From Patescibacteria group bacterium (GTDB lineage: Bacteria; Patescibacteriota; Gracilibacteria; UBA1369; PNNO01): a stretch of 64,000 bases of DNA. Position numbers and translations under genes: made by a program. Where the stretch lies: assembly GCA_042568575.1 (NCBI GenBank), contig JBHPIO010000002.1:32001-96000 (forward strand), given 5' to 3'. Shown piece by piece: positions 38,439 to 48,592 of this stretch. Numbering within the stretch: position 1 is the first letter of the stretch; each line of letters begins with the position of its first letter. The notes under the pieces are model-generated. The model ran no database searches. It was given only the letters and a program-made list of their open reading frames with translations, and had not been told where the DNA came from.

Positions 38439-38535
38439 ATAATGTTTGATTATGAATTAAGACTATATTTTAGCAGAAGAATATTAATATGCAATATTTG
38501 TCGCCAAAATTTCTGTTCTTTTTTTTCGCAATGGC

Positions 38536-38560
38536 GTACAACTCAGCACTAAGCGTAGTT
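38536..38560 (-). other. attI-like site
   Basis: Core GTACAAC (GTTGTAC on minus) whose left flank is complementary to the right flank of site 11; no branched hairpin follows; about 90 bp from the integrase start. Confidence 0.7.
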
Positions 38561-38634
38561 TACTATAGTTTAGAAGAATTTTAGAGTTTTTTTACAATGT
38601 TTTGGTACGTTCTGTGCGTATTTTAAGTTTTTTT

Positions 38635-39456
38635 ATGAGCCTTAAAAGCCAGTTACTGCTTAGGATGGAGCGCGAGATGATTATTAAGAATTATAGCCCC
38701 AGGACACAGAAAACCTATATGTACTGTATTGAGAAGTATTTGGAGTTTGATTTTGGGGCTGTGCGCAGGTGTGGTTTGGATAAAATTCGGGAATTTCTTG
38801 TGTTGAAGCAGGAAAGTGGCGTTGGTCCTGTTATGAGGAATTTGTATCTTTGTGCCATTAAGTTTTTCTATCGAAGCGCACTGAATCGCCGTAAAACAAT
38901 ACCTATTCCGTATGCTAAACGACCAAAAAGCACGCCTATAACGCTAACGCGCGTAGAGGTACTTCAGATGCTGTCCTACATTAACAATTACAAGCATAAA
39001 TTGATCGTGGCATTGGCTTATGGAGCGGGTTTGAGACTCAGTGAGGTTACAAGTCTGAAAGTTTATGACATTCATTTACTTGATAAGACAATTCTTGTTA
39101 GAAGAGGGAAGGGCGCGAAACGGCGATATACGATTATTCCGGATAAACTATGGTGGAAACTCCGTCTTTATGTGAAAAACAGGGATGCGCACAAGTATGT
39201 TTTTGAGAGTAATAGGGGAGGAAAGTTACATTCACGCACTGTTCAAAAGATTTTCAAAAAAGCTCTCAAGAAAGCCGGCATTGAAAAACAAGCCACGTTT
39301 CATTCGCTCAGGCATAGTTTTGCTACGCATTTGCTCGAAAATGGAACAAATCTGCGATATGTGCAGGCGTTGCTTGGGCATTCAAGTATTAGAACAACTC
39401 AAATTTATACTCATGTTGATGATTGCGCAATTAAGACTGTCAAAAGCCCACTTTAA
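38635..39456 (+). CDS. tyrosine recombinase / integrase (273 aa) with an N-terminal SAM-like domain, lacking the IntI-specific insertion
   Basis: NYSPRTQKTY; catalytic R (GLRLSE), K (GKGAK), HSLRH, LGH and Y (TQIY) are all present. Confidence 0.93.
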   Translation: MSLKSQLLLRMEREMIIKNYSPRTQKTYMYCIEKYLEFDFGAVRRCGLDKIREFLVLKQESGVGPVMRNLYLCAIKFFYRSALNRRKTIPIPYAKRPKSTPITLTRVEVLQMLSYINNYKHKLIVALAYGAGLRLSEVTSLKVYDIHLLDKTILVRRGKGAKRRYTIIPDKLWWKLRLYVKNRDAHKYVFESNRGGKLHSRTVQKIFKKALKKAGIEKQATFHSLRHSFATHLLENGTNLRYVQALLGHSSIRTTQIYTHVDDCAIKTVKSPL

Positions 39457-39521
39457 ATCTTTATAAGATTGACAAGATGCATGTCAATATTATAAAGTGC
39501 ATCTCCTATTAAAAATATATC

Positions 39522-40016
39522 ATGACAAGACGTCGCCCATCTGAGGGAGAAAAAGACCTGATTCAACGAGGATTAGTTGTATTAAAAGAAATCTATGAGC
39601 ATCCTGAAAGTGCTAATGTCCATAGCGCGAGAGGTAGAATACTATCAAGAGTATTACTTGTAATGAATGGTCAGACAGTAGGTGATTTATACAGATTGAT
39701 GGTTGTTGCAAGTTATCAGCCTACTGATGCGGACGCAATTTTAACAGCTTTAAATAGCAGTACTGGATTGCGCGAATTTGAACAATATTTGTTGGATTGC
39801 GATTCTGACGATCTGCGAGCGACTATTTTAAAAACATTTCCAACTCAAGAATCAAAGCAAGCGGCATTGGAATATTTAACTGCTGATGAAGATGGCAGAA
39901 TTAGATTTCACCACAAAGGATACCTTGTTACAGAAGAACAACTTGCATACTTAAACGAACTCTTGAGTTCAAGAGATTTACAAGAAGTACTTGAAATTCT
40001 ATACAAACAAATTTAA
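39522..40016 (+). CDS. hypothetical protein
   Basis: 164-aa ORF; TTGACA-16-TATAAA upstream. Confidence 0.65.
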   Translation: MTRRRPSEGEKDLIQRGLVVLKEIYEHPESANVHSARGRILSRVLLVMNGQTVGDLYRLMVVASYQPTDADAILTALNSSTGLREFEQYLLDCDSDDLRATILKTFPTQESKQAALEYLTADEDGRIRFHHKGYLVTEEQLAYLNELLSSRDLQEVLEILYKQI

Positions 40017-40636
40017 GTCTCCTCCATACTAGCCTTAATTCTCATCACACCAGTGATTGCGCTTCGTTCTGCTTCGCTAAGTTTCATCGAAATGAACTTA
40101 ACAGTCTCCTGGAGGTTTGGTAGGAGCATGTGTTCGAGAGCGTTTACACGACGACGAGTCTTTTCAGTTTCTTCAGCGAGACGTTCTGCCTGACGTTCGA
40201 TTTCAGCAAGTTGAATCAAGAGTGGAAGCACTTCCTGGAAGGCCTCAAGAGCCATATCAAGCTCTCCACTTGTTTGAAGGTATCCATAGTTCAAAATGTT
40301 TCCTTTCTGCTTTAACGTGAAGTTTGGGATGCGTACGCTCATCACGTTTTTTGTCTCAACTTCCAGCGATACTTCAGCGGAAGGGTAGAGGAGTGCATTC
40401 TCAAGAACTTCTGGATACATCATTGCTGATGCTTGCATAAAGTTCTTGAATGCTCCCTGCAATTTCTCTTCAACTTTCTTTCGAAGATCTCGTGCCTCAC
40501 GGATGATTTCCATAAATTTCTGCATCAATCCGTCCTGTTTGTCTCGTAGCAGCTTGTGTCCCCTTTGAGCAGTTTTAATCTGCTTCTTAAGGTTCAGAAG
40601 CTCCATTCGAGTTGGATTGACATTTAGTTTTGCCAT
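40013..40636 (-). CDS. ntpD: A/V-type ATPase subunit D
   Basis: NPTRMEL, RGHKLLRDK and TRRRVNALE. Confidence 0.95.
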   Translation of the reverse strand: MAKLNVNPTRMELLNLKKQIKTAQRGHKLLRDKQDGLMQKFMEIIREARDLRKKVEEKLQGAFKNFMQASAMMYPEVLENALLYPSAEVSLEVETKNVMSVRIPNFTLKQKGNILNYGYLQTSGELDMALEAFQEVLPLLIQLAEIERQAERLAEETEKTRRRVNALEHMLLPNLQETVKFISMKLSEAERSAITGVMRIKASMEET

Positions 40637-40657
40637 ATCTTAGGGTCGTTTAAATTA

Positions 40658-42154
40658 TTATGATGAGAATTCAGCTTTTGCTTCTTCTTCAGTTGCGCTC
40701 TGTTCTTCTTCAGGCACCTCTTCCTTTGCAGGCATTTCTTCTTTTGCATCTTCTCCCATGTATTTAGCAATGTGTTCTTCTTTCACACGCTTTAATTCGT
40801 TTTTTGGAAGGAGCTTTAGAAGTTCCCATCCCATTGTAAGAGATTTGATAATGTCGCGATCTTCGTTTTCACTTTGACGAACATATTTATCTTCAAATTC
40901 ATTTGCGAATTTCAAGAATGCAAGATCTGCATCACTTAGAGCCGCTTCACCAAGAATTACCGCAAGCTCACGAACTTCTTTTCCTCTAGCGTAAGCTGCA
41001 AAGAGCTGGTTCATCACACCTGAATGGTCTTCACGAGTTTTTCCAGGTCCGATACCTTTATCTTTCAAACGAGAAAGTGAAGGAAGTACGTTGATGTTTG
41101 GGTAAATACCTTGAGAGTGAAGGTCACGCGCTAGCACGATCTGTCCCTCTGTAATATATCCTGTAAGATCAGGAATTGGATGAGTGATATCGTCTTCCGG
41201 CATAGTTAGAATAGGAATCTGTGTGATTGAACCTTCTTTACCTTTTACACGTCCAGCTCGTTCGTATAGAGTCGCTAGATCCGTATATAGGTAACCTGGA
41301 TAACCACGTCGTCCTGGAACCTCTTTACGAGCTGCAGATACTTCACGTAGCGCTTCACAATAGTTTGTAAGGTCAGTAAGGATTACAAGTACGTGCATTC
41401 CTTTTTCAAAAGCAAGATACTCAGCTGTTGTAAGTGCCATACGTGGAGTCGCAATTCTTTCTACTACTGGATCGTCCGCTGTATTGATGTAAAGAACAGA
41501 TCGTTCGATAGCACCTGTCTTTTTGAATTCGTTTGTGAAGTATTCCGCTTCTTCAAATGTCACACCCATCGCTGCAAATACTACCGCGAAGTTTTCATCA
41601 TTACCGCCACCTTCTTTAATATTCCCTTCATCATCTACTTTCACTACTTTCGCCTGACGAGCAATTTGTGCAGCTAAACGTGCATGTGGAAGACCAGCTC
41701 CAGAGAAAATAGGAAGCTTTTGTCCACGTACAAGTGTGTTCATGGCATCAATTGTAGAGATTCCTGTTTGATAGAAATCGTTCGGATAATCACGCGCATT
41801 TGGATTTAGCGGGTTTCCGTTAATGTCGATTTTCTTTTCAGGAATGATTTCAGCTCCACCATCAATCGGGCGGCCCCGTCCATCAAAGATGCGTCCGAGC
41901 ATGTCCTTAGACACTCCAAGCTGAAGACTCTTTCCTAGGAATCTAGCCTTAGATCCAGCTGCTCCAAGTCCCTGTGAACTTTCGAACATCTGAGCGATGG
42001 CCATTCCTTCTCTAGCTTCAAGTACTTTTCCAAGACGTACGTCTCCACTTGCAGTTGTAATCTCTACAAGCTCTTCATACTTGATGTCCTCAACGCCTTC
42101 GATCATTACGAGCGGTCCGGCGATGGACTTTATTGTTTTATATTCTTTTTGCAT
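40658..42154 (-). CDS. ntpB: A/V-type ATPase subunit B
   Basis: [23 protein letters not shown] and [11 protein letters not shown]. Confidence 0.97.
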   Translation of the reverse strand: MQKEYKTIKSIAGPLVMIEGVEDIKYEELVEITTASGDVRLGKVLEAREGMAIAQMFESSQGLGAAGSKARFLGKSLQLGVSKDMLGRIFDGRGRPIDGGAEIIPEKKIDINGNPLNPNARDYPNDFYQTGISTIDAMNTLVRGQKLPIFSGAGLPHARLAAQIARQAKVVKVDDEGNIKEGGGNDENFAVVFAAMGVTFEEAEYFTNEFKKTGAIERSVLYINTADDPVVERIATPRMALTTAEYLAFEKGMHVLVILTDLTNYCEALREVSAARKEVPGRRGYPGYLYTDLATLYERAGRVKGKEGSITQIPILTMPEDDITHPIPDLTGYITEGQIVLARDLHSQGIYPNINVLPSLSRLKDKGIGPGKTREDHSGVMNQLFAAYARGKEVRELAVILGEAALSDADLAFLKFANEFEDKYVRQSENEDRDIIKSLTMGWELLKLLPKNELKRVKEEHIAKYMGEDAKEEMPAKEEVPEEEQSATEEEAKAEFSS

Positions 42155-42179
42155 TGTCTATAAGAGTTAATTTAATAAA

Positions 42180-43943
42180 TTATTTTTGAAGCGACATAAT
42201 CTCACGCTCTGTATCTTCCCAAAGCTTCTTGAATTCATCTTCTTTGTCAGCGCCGATGTTCTTACATTTAGTTACTCGTTCCATTACAGGAAGTGCTAGT
42301 AAATCATCGAAGTTGAAGTCTTCATGATCAATAACTTTTGATGCATGATGAGCGACGTTCAAGATTGATTTAAGCATCCAGTATTGCTTTTTAAGCGGTG
42401 TGAAAGCATCAACTTTATCAAAAGCGTTTTGGAACAGGAAGTCTTCACGAAGTGATTTCGCAGTTTCCAAAGTTAGACGTTCTTTTGGAGAAAGTGCTTC
42501 CATTCCAACTAGACGTACGATTTCTTCAAGTTTTGCTTCTTCTTGTAGGATACTCATTGCCTCGGTTCTGTATTCTCCAAAATCTTCAGCAATTTCGTTC
42601 TTCCAGTAGTCTTTAATGTTGTCGTTATAAAGTGTGTATGAGGAAAGCCAGTTAATAGCCGGGAAGTGACGTCTGTAAGCAAGTTTTGCGTCTAGTCCCC
42701 AGAATACTTTTGTAACACGTAGAGTGTTTTGAGTTACCGGTTCCGAAAGATCTCCACCTGGAGGCGATACCGCTCCGATAAGTGTTAGACTTCCTTCACG
42801 ATCATCATCTTCTCCAAGACATTTAACGTTTCCAGATCTTTCATAGAACTGAGCAGTTCGAGAACCAAGGTAAGCAGGATATCCTTCTTCACCTGGCATC
42901 TCTTCTAGACGTCCTGACATTTCACGCAACGCTTCCGCCCAACGAGATGTTGAGTCAGCCATAAGCGCTACATCGTATCCCATATCACGGTAATACTCAG
43001 CGATTGTTACTCCTGTGTAGATAGAAGCTTCACGAGCCGCTACCGGCATGTTAGAAGTGTTAGCTACCATCACAGTACGTTTCATAAGTTTTTCTCCAGT
43101 GTTTGGATCTTCCAGTTCCGGGAATTCCATAAGTACATCAGTCATCTCGTTACCACGCTCTCCACATCCGATATAAACGATAATTTCCGCATCACAATAT
43201 TTAGCAAGTGTTTGCTGTGTTACAGTTTTTCCAGCTCCGAATGGTCCAGGAATACATCCTGCTCCACCTTTTGCGAGTGGGAAAAGTGTATCTAGAATTC
43301 GAGTTCCTGATACAAGTGGTTTACTTGGAATAGATTTATCTCTCACTGGTCTTGGGTTTCGGATAGACCATTTTTGTAGCATTGCAATCTCATGATCTTT
43401 TCCTTCTGCGTCTGTAATTACAGCGATTATATCTTCGATTGTGTGTGATCCACTCTTAATTTCTTTAACGCTTCCAGAGATTGTTGGAGGTACCATCACT
43501 TTGTGCATAATAAGTGATGTTTCTTGAACTTCTCCTAGGATATCTCCTTCAGTCACGTTTTCACCTTTGCTCTTTATCGCTTTAAAATCCCATGTCTTTT
43601 TTCTATCAAGTCCAGGTACATCAAGACCACGAGTGATGTAATCACCTGCTTCTTTTTGAAGAAGAGGGAGAGGACGTTGGATTCCATCATAAATAGATTG
43701 AAGGAGTCCAGGCCCGAGCTCAACCTGCATAGTTTGACCTGTAGGGTAAACAGGTTCTCCAGGTCCAACTCCACCAGTTTCTTCATATACCTGAATTGAA
43801 GCTTGGTCGCCTTCAATTCCGATGATTTCACCGATAAGTTTTTTATCAGATACACGTACTACTTCGTACATGCGTGCTCCCTCCATTCCTTTTGCAACGA
43901 CAAGAGGTCCTGATACTTTTATAATTGTTCCTTGTTTTTCCAT
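42180..43943 (-). CDS. ntpA: A/V-type ATPase subunit A
   Basis: [25 protein letters not shown] and [10 protein letters not shown]; no intein. Confidence 0.97.
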   Translation of the reverse strand: MEKQGTIIKVSGPLVVAKGMEGARMYEVVRVSDKKLIGEIIGIEGDQASIQVYEETGGVGPGEPVYPTGQTMQVELGPGLLQSIYDGIQRPLPLLQKEAGDYITRGLDVPGLDRKKTWDFKAIKSKGENVTEGDILGEVQETSLIMHKVMVPPTISGSVKEIKSGSHTIEDIIAVITDAEGKDHEIAMLQKWSIRNPRPVRDKSIPSKPLVSGTRILDTLFPLAKGGAGCIPGPFGAGKTVTQQTLAKYCDAEIIVYIGCGERGNEMTDVLMEFPELEDPNTGEKLMKRTVMVANTSNMPVAAREASIYTGVTIAEYYRDMGYDVALMADSTSRWAEALREMSGRLEEMPGEEGYPAYLGSRTAQFYERSGNVKCLGEDDDREGSLTLIGAVSPPGGDLSEPVTQNTLRVTKVFWGLDAKLAYRRHFPAINWLSSYTLYNDNIKDYWKNEIAEDFGEYRTEAMSILQEEAKLEEIVRLVGMEALSPKERLTLETAKSLREDFLFQNAFDKVDAFTPLKKQYWMLKSILNVAHHASKVIDHEDFNFDDLLALPVMERVTKCKNIGADKEDEFKKLWEDTEREIMSLQK

Positions 43944-43977
43944 ATTCTTATGTTATTAAGTGAATATATATGAGTTG

Positions 43978-44340
43978 TTATCCTCCAAATATGTCTGAAC
44001 CAACAGCCTGTTCAACCATTTTCTTGATTCTTTCAAGTCCGTATCCTTTAGTTCCTCGAATTCCAGGAATAGGAATGATTGCAGGTAATGCTTCTTTAGT
44101 TAGTTTTTTGTAATCTTCTTTTGTAATTTGAGTCGCAAGATCTTCAAGTATAAAAATAATTGCGTATTTTTTTCGTGTTTCTCCTTCGCCAAGATCAATT
44201 ACTTCGCTATTTAATTTGAATAGTGCTTCGCGAGCTTCTTCACCATTGTTCGCGATAGTTGCAGTTACACCGAGTGCTTTAAACCCGAGAATTTGGTCTT
44301 TACTACCAACGATTGCTATTTTGTATGAGTCTTTGTTCAT
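43978..44340 (-). CDS. ntpF: A/V-type ATPase subunit F
   Basis: KIAIVG...GFKALG, PAIIPIP and VEQAVGSDI; operon position. Confidence 0.9.
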   Translation of the reverse strand: MNKDSYKIAIVGSKDQILGFKALGVTATIANNGEEAREALFKLNSEVIDLGEGETRKKYAIIFILEDLATQITKEDYKKLTKEALPAIIPIPGIRGTKGYGLERIKKMVEQAVGSDIFGG

Positions 44341-44341
44341 A

Positions 44342-45367
44342 TTAATAAAGGGTTCTGATTAATTGTCTAATTTGTTCTGGATCGATGTCGTTTAATTTGC
44401 TTACCATAATGCTTCTAATAACTAGAGCATTGTTCTTTTTTGCCCAGAAATAAGCGAATACCGGCTCAGGCCCGATTGCTATTCTCTTTGCTCTTTGAAT
44501 ATAGTCTGTTAAGTGGTCGTATGTAAGTTTGTCCAATTTTACGAATGATTTCTCCTCTTCATATCCTTTGATTGCATCACGAATAATGTTTGCATAGTCA
44601 GTGTGACGCATGCTTTCAGCAAAATCGCTAACATCTTTTCTGAACGCATCAAGGAATCTGTATTTTTCCAGAGTTCCTCTGCAGATGAATCCTTTTTCAA
44701 GAAGCTCTTCTTCTCTCTTTTGGATTTTTAGACGAATGAATAGTTCAATATTTTTAAGGTCGATATATTTTTTTGTGAGTGTGATTAGGAACTCGTTCCC
44801 ACTCTTTACAGCAATTTCGTTAATGATTTTGCAGAATCTTTTATCAAGAACGATATCTATTAGTTGTGGATCTTCAGATTTTAAGTAATCTGTTTCTGCA
44901 AGTTTAATGCTTTCTTTAAGGTATTTCTCGTATCTTTCTTCAAGTCCAAACCCTGCGTCTTCTCCGTCTAGAATGTATTTTTTAAGTTGAACGAGTTCGA
45001 TTGCACCAAAATGAAAACAGTAATCTTTAACTTCATCAAACTCTTTTCCAGAGTGTTTTGCTTTTAGAAGTACTTTCATATTGTGGAAATCGTATCTGAA
45101 CCAAAGGATGTTAAACACCCAGTTGCTTGGAGCGATTCTTTTAATTAACTCTTTTGTATCTTTAAGACCTGAATTAATTACATCCTGAAAATTTTCTACC
45201 TTCTCAATATCTCCAATGTGAGTTGAGTAATCTGTTTCATTCAAGATTTTGTATGCGTCCACCGCGTCTTTTGCGAGAACCATTCGTTCGAGCTCGTTTT
45301 CATTAAGGAGTTTTGTCTCCAGAACTCTTATCCATGATACTGATTGTGCGAAACTTGTTGAGTCCAT
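44342..45367 (-). CDS. ntpC: A/V-type ATPase subunit C
   Basis: IRVLETKLL, YDFHNMKVLLK and GPEPVFAY. Confidence 0.9.
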   Translation of the reverse strand: MDSTSFAQSVSWIRVLETKLLNENELERMVLAKDAVDAYKILNETDYSTHIGDIEKVENFQDVINSGLKDTKELIKRIAPSNWVFNILWFRYDFHNMKVLLKAKHSGKEFDEVKDYCFHFGAIELVQLKKYILDGEDAGFGLEERYEKYLKESIKLAETDYLKSEDPQLIDIVLDKRFCKIINEIAVKSGNEFLITLTKKYIDLKNIELFIRLKIQKREEELLEKGFICRGTLEKYRFLDAFRKDVSDFAESMRHTDYANIIRDAIKGYEEEKSFVKLDKLTYDHLTDYIQRAKRIAIGPEPVFAYFWAKKNNALVIRSIMVSKLNDIDPEQIRQLIRTLY

Positions 45368-45378
45368 TTATAGTTTAA

Positions 45379-45948
45379 TTAAGCGGAAAATATAGTTTGT
45401 GCAACTTCTAGTTCAAGATCGTCACGAAGTTGTTTGTTTAGAATTGATTCAAATGAATTGTCGATTTCGATTTTCTCTGACACCAAAATGAAACCACCTT
45501 TTATGTCAGTGCTTTTGTCTGACATTTGGAATGATTTCCCAGATGCAGAAAGAGCGGCTCTTGTAGCGTCTTCTTTTCCTTTTGCTGGAACAACTTTCAC
45601 GTCGTCACCTTTAATTGCAGAATGTTTTAGTAATTCTGTTAAGAGCTTTTCGTAGTTAGAAGAAGATACTAGTGCTTCTAGTGCTTCATCAAAAATTGCG
45701 TCCATAACTTCACGTTTTTCTTTAAGAAGCTTGTTCTTAGCCTCCATCTTTGCGTGTGTTGCCATTTTGTTCAGAATTTTTTCGCTGTTAGCTGTAACTT
45801 GTCCGTCCATTTCTTCTTGCGCGTTTTTCATCATCTTTTCAAATTCTGCTTCAAGTTTTTTTACAGTTTCAGCATGTTCTTTGCTCATTTTATCAAGCTT
45901 TTCTTGAGTCTCTTTTTTGATTTGTTCAAGGATGTCGTTTAAAGCCAT
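45379..45948 (-). CDS. ntpE: A/V-type ATPase subunit E
   Basis: N-terminal coiled coil, GGFIL...IDNSF; operon position. Confidence 0.88.
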   Translation of the reverse strand: MALNDILEQIKKETQEKLDKMSKEHAETVKKLEAEFEKMMKNAQEEMDGQVTANSEKILNKMATHAKMEAKNKLLKEKREVMDAIFDEALEALVSSSNYEKLLTELLKHSAIKGDDVKVVPAKGKEDATRAALSASGKSFQMSDKSTDIKGGFILVSEKIEIDNSFESILNKQLRDDLELEVAQTIFSA

Positions 45949-46032
45949 ATTTCTAAAGTGTTATTGTTAATTATTAACTTTTGGGATCCCCGCGATGATT
46001 TTGCAACCGCGGGAATTTTCAAAAAACAATAA

Positions 46033-46518
46033 TTATCCTACTTGTATTCCAAAGATAAGAAGTACTGAAACTAGAAGTCCAAGTACCGCATATGTTTCTA
46101 CCATCGCTGACATGATCACCGCTTTACCTGTGTTAGTCGCGTCTTTTGCTACTGCGTTAAGTCCCGCAGCAGATACTTTTCCTTGGTGAATTCCTGAGAA
46201 TAGACCAGCAAGTCCAACTGGGATTCCAGCTCCGAAGAACTGCCATCCTGTTGAAAGGCTGATTTCTGCCGCAGATCCTCCAATAAGTCCGATTTGGATT
46301 AGAATTAGAAGTGCACCTAGGAATCCGTAGATACCTTGTGTTCCTGGAAGCGCCTGTAGAAGAAGGATCTTACCAAAAAGTTCTGGTTTTTCACTGATCA
46401 CACCAGTTCCTGATTGACCAGCTAGTCCAACCCCGATACTTGATCCAATGCCTCCTAGAGCAGCTGCTACTGCTGCACCGAGCACTGCTAGTGCGAGTCC
46501 TGTTTCAATTCCGAACAT
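46033..46518 (-). CDS. ntpK: A/V-type ATPase proteolipid subunit K (4 TM)
   Basis: LPGTQGIYG, SGIHQG and MVETYA. Confidence 0.95.
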   Translation of the reverse strand: MFGIETGLALAVLGAAVAAALGGIGSSIGVGLAGQSGTGVISEKPELFGKILLLQALPGTQGIYGFLGALLILIQIGLIGGSAAEISLSTGWQFFGAGIPVGLAGLFSGIHQGKVSAAGLNAVAKDATNTGKAVIMSAMVETYAVLGLLVSVLLIFGIQVG

Positions 46519-46558
46519 ATTTTTTAGTTGTTAAAGAATTAAATATGTAAAATATAAA

Positions 46559-48562
46559 TTATTTTTTCTCTGTGATAAGTATGTATTTGCAAGCTTTCTG
46601 CAAAGGTTTAAACGCTTTTCCTCCACCTTCCATAAATTTCCCGAAGAACTCAACGAACTGAAGACGACTTGAGTGGATAAACGCTCCAAGTGTCGAGATC
46701 GCTATATTCAAAGTGTGTCCGATTAAAATAACAATGATTGCGAATACAATTCCTATATAAGGTATGCTTCCCACTAACCCAGCAATTGTATTAAATGCAA
46801 ATCCAATAATTCCTGTTCCGAGCCCAAGAGCCATCAAACGTGAGTATGAAAGTACGTCGGCGAAGTATCCAACTAGTCCGTATAGAGAAAGGACACCTGT
46901 TAAGAATTTCAAAATAATATTCTTTTGTTTTCTTCCTTGCGTAAGAATAAGTGCTCCAACTCCGAAGTAAACAAGATACGTAATTGCTCCTGCATATTCC
47001 GGAAGGAAGATTCCTCCTTTACTTAATCCGAATAGACCCATGATTATCAAGAAGTAGAACCAAAGGAAGCTATCGAATAATGCGTCTATATATTTTCCGT
47101 GTTTAATTTTCCAGTATCCATCAACAAGAACTCCGAATAGAACTTGAACGTATCCAAGAACTGCAGCAAGCATTAGGAATGTTAAAGGTCCACTTCCCTT
47201 AGTTGGGTTGATTATCTGCCATCTAAATGCCATTTCACCAGATTCGTCTACGTATGTTAGGAATCCAGGTGCTTGGTCTGCTGTCATTCCAAACCATCCA
47301 CCGAATAGCGCTCCCAATATAAATGTAACGATTCCACCAAACATCAAAAGTTTCACTAAGTTCTTCATTCCGGCAGGAATCTTCAAGAATTTGAGTGCAA
47401 GGGCGCATATTACAAATAGAACGATTCCATATCCTGCGTCAGTCAAACATAATCCAAAGAAGATAATGAAGAATGCTGCCAAGAATGGTGTTGGATCGAT
47501 TTCACTTGGGAGCGGAAGTCCGTAAATGTTTGTTACCGCTTCAAATGATCCAATCAAACCTTTGTTTTTAATTGCAACCGGTGCCTGTTCTTCTTCCGTC
47601 GGTTCGATTTCAAAAATTTCAAATGCGTTTGTTACTTTTTCAAGCCTTTCGTTGATTTTTTTAAGATTCTTTAAAGGAACCCATCCTTCTAACGTAAAGC
47701 TGGATTTAGTATTATAAGCTTTTTGTTCAGAATACATTTTATCTCTTTCCCAAACAAAATAGTCGTGAACAATCTGAAGATCTTCGTTTTTCTTTGCCAA
47801 AACCTTTAATTCTTCTTCTTGATTAGCAAGATCTTGTTCGATTTCAGATTTTCTTTCCTTAATCTCTTTTAATTCCGTTTTTACATCGTGTTTTCGTGAT
47901 GGCAGGTCAACTTCACTTAATTTATGCATCATGAAAACCTCTTTAACTTGAGGTTCAACTTCTTTTGCAAAAGTTAGCGCAACGTAAGTTGTGCTTTCGT
48001 CTTCGTTAATTTTATCTACATTAAGTAGTTTTGAAACTTTTTTAATATCTTCAACAAATTCTGCATATGCAGTTTTTTGAATAGTTCCAAGGATGGTTTT
48101 TGTTCTTTCAGTTTCGCCAATATGATCAAGTGGCATTGAAAGTGATTGCCATGCCCCAAGTTCTTCTTGCGACATTTGAAGTGCGGCAAGTTCATTCCTT
48201 AAAGCAACCATAGTTTCTTCAACTGTGCGACACTGTTTAATAATAGTATCGAAGTTGAATTCTTTTGCTTTCTTTTTAACGTCATCGATAGTTAAAACAA
48301 GCGGACCTTGGATTAGGTTCCGGTGTTTTGCGTAAGGCTTGATAAGTTTTAGAGCGAAATCGATATTTGCAATATTAAGCTCTACTGAATGTAGCGCCTC
48401 CATTTGTTCTGGTGATTGATTGATTAGTTCTCTTTCCTCTGCTTTTTCATCTATAATTTCTGTGATTTCCAAAGCCCCTAATGACTGCAACGAGTCCAAC
48501 AACTTCTGTTTATGACTTCCAGAAGCTACTAATTTGATTTTTTGCATTGAAATGACCGCCAT
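46559..48562 (-). CDS. ntpI: A/V-type ATPase subunit I
   Basis: EIDPTP, DAGYG, DVLSYSRLMAL and HSSRLQFVEFFGKF. Confidence 0.96.
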   Translation of the reverse strand: MAVISMQKIKLVASGSHKQKLLDSLQSLGALEITEIIDEKAEERELINQSPEQMEALHSVELNIANIDFALKLIKPYAKHRNLIQGPLVLTIDDVKKKAKEFNFDTIIKQCRTVEETMVALRNELAALQMSQEELGAWQSLSMPLDHIGETERTKTILGTIQKTAYAEFVEDIKKVSKLLNVDKINEDESTTYVALTFAKEVEPQVKEVFMMHKLSEVDLPSRKHDVKTELKEIKERKSEIEQDLANQEEELKVLAKKNEDLQIVHDYFVWERDKMYSEQKAYNTKSSFTLEGWVPLKNLKKINERLEKVTNAFEIFEIEPTEEEQAPVAIKNKGLIGSFEAVTNIYGLPLPSEIDPTPFLAAFFIIFFGLCLTDAGYGIVLFVICALALKFLKIPAGMKNLVKLLMFGGIVTFILGALFGGWFGMTADQAPGFLTYVDESGEMAFRWQIINPTKGSGPLTFLMLAAVLGYVQVLFGVLVDGYWKIKHGKYIDALFDSFLWFYFLIIMGLFGLSKGGIFLPEYAGAITYLVYFGVGALILTQGRKQKNIILKFLTGVLSLYGLVGYFADVLSYSRLMALGLGTGIIGFAFNTIAGLVGSIPYIGIVFAIIVILIGHTLNIAISTLGAFIHSSRLQFVEFFGKFMEGGGKAFKPLQKACKYILITEKK

Positions 48563-48592
48563 GCTCTCAGTTTCTTGTTATATATATAGGTA

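Larger units (their letters stand above)
32021..39456. mobile_element. integron-like element: 11 cassettes, 11 attC-like sites, an attI-like core and a divergent tyrosine recombinase
   Basis: Regular alternation of single ORFs with conserved AAC...GTT-bounded hairpin repeats, adjacent to an integrase. Confidence 0.88.

Noticed and set aside
38543-38634. Pc/Pint promoters or a LexA box at the attI-like region
   Set aside because: Only poorly spaced candidates (TTGTAA-19-TAAACT) were found, and no recognisable SOS box.
45987-46017. GC hairpin between ntpK and ntpE
   Set aside because: Probably an ordinary mRNA-stabilising or stoichiometry hairpin after the proteolipid gene.
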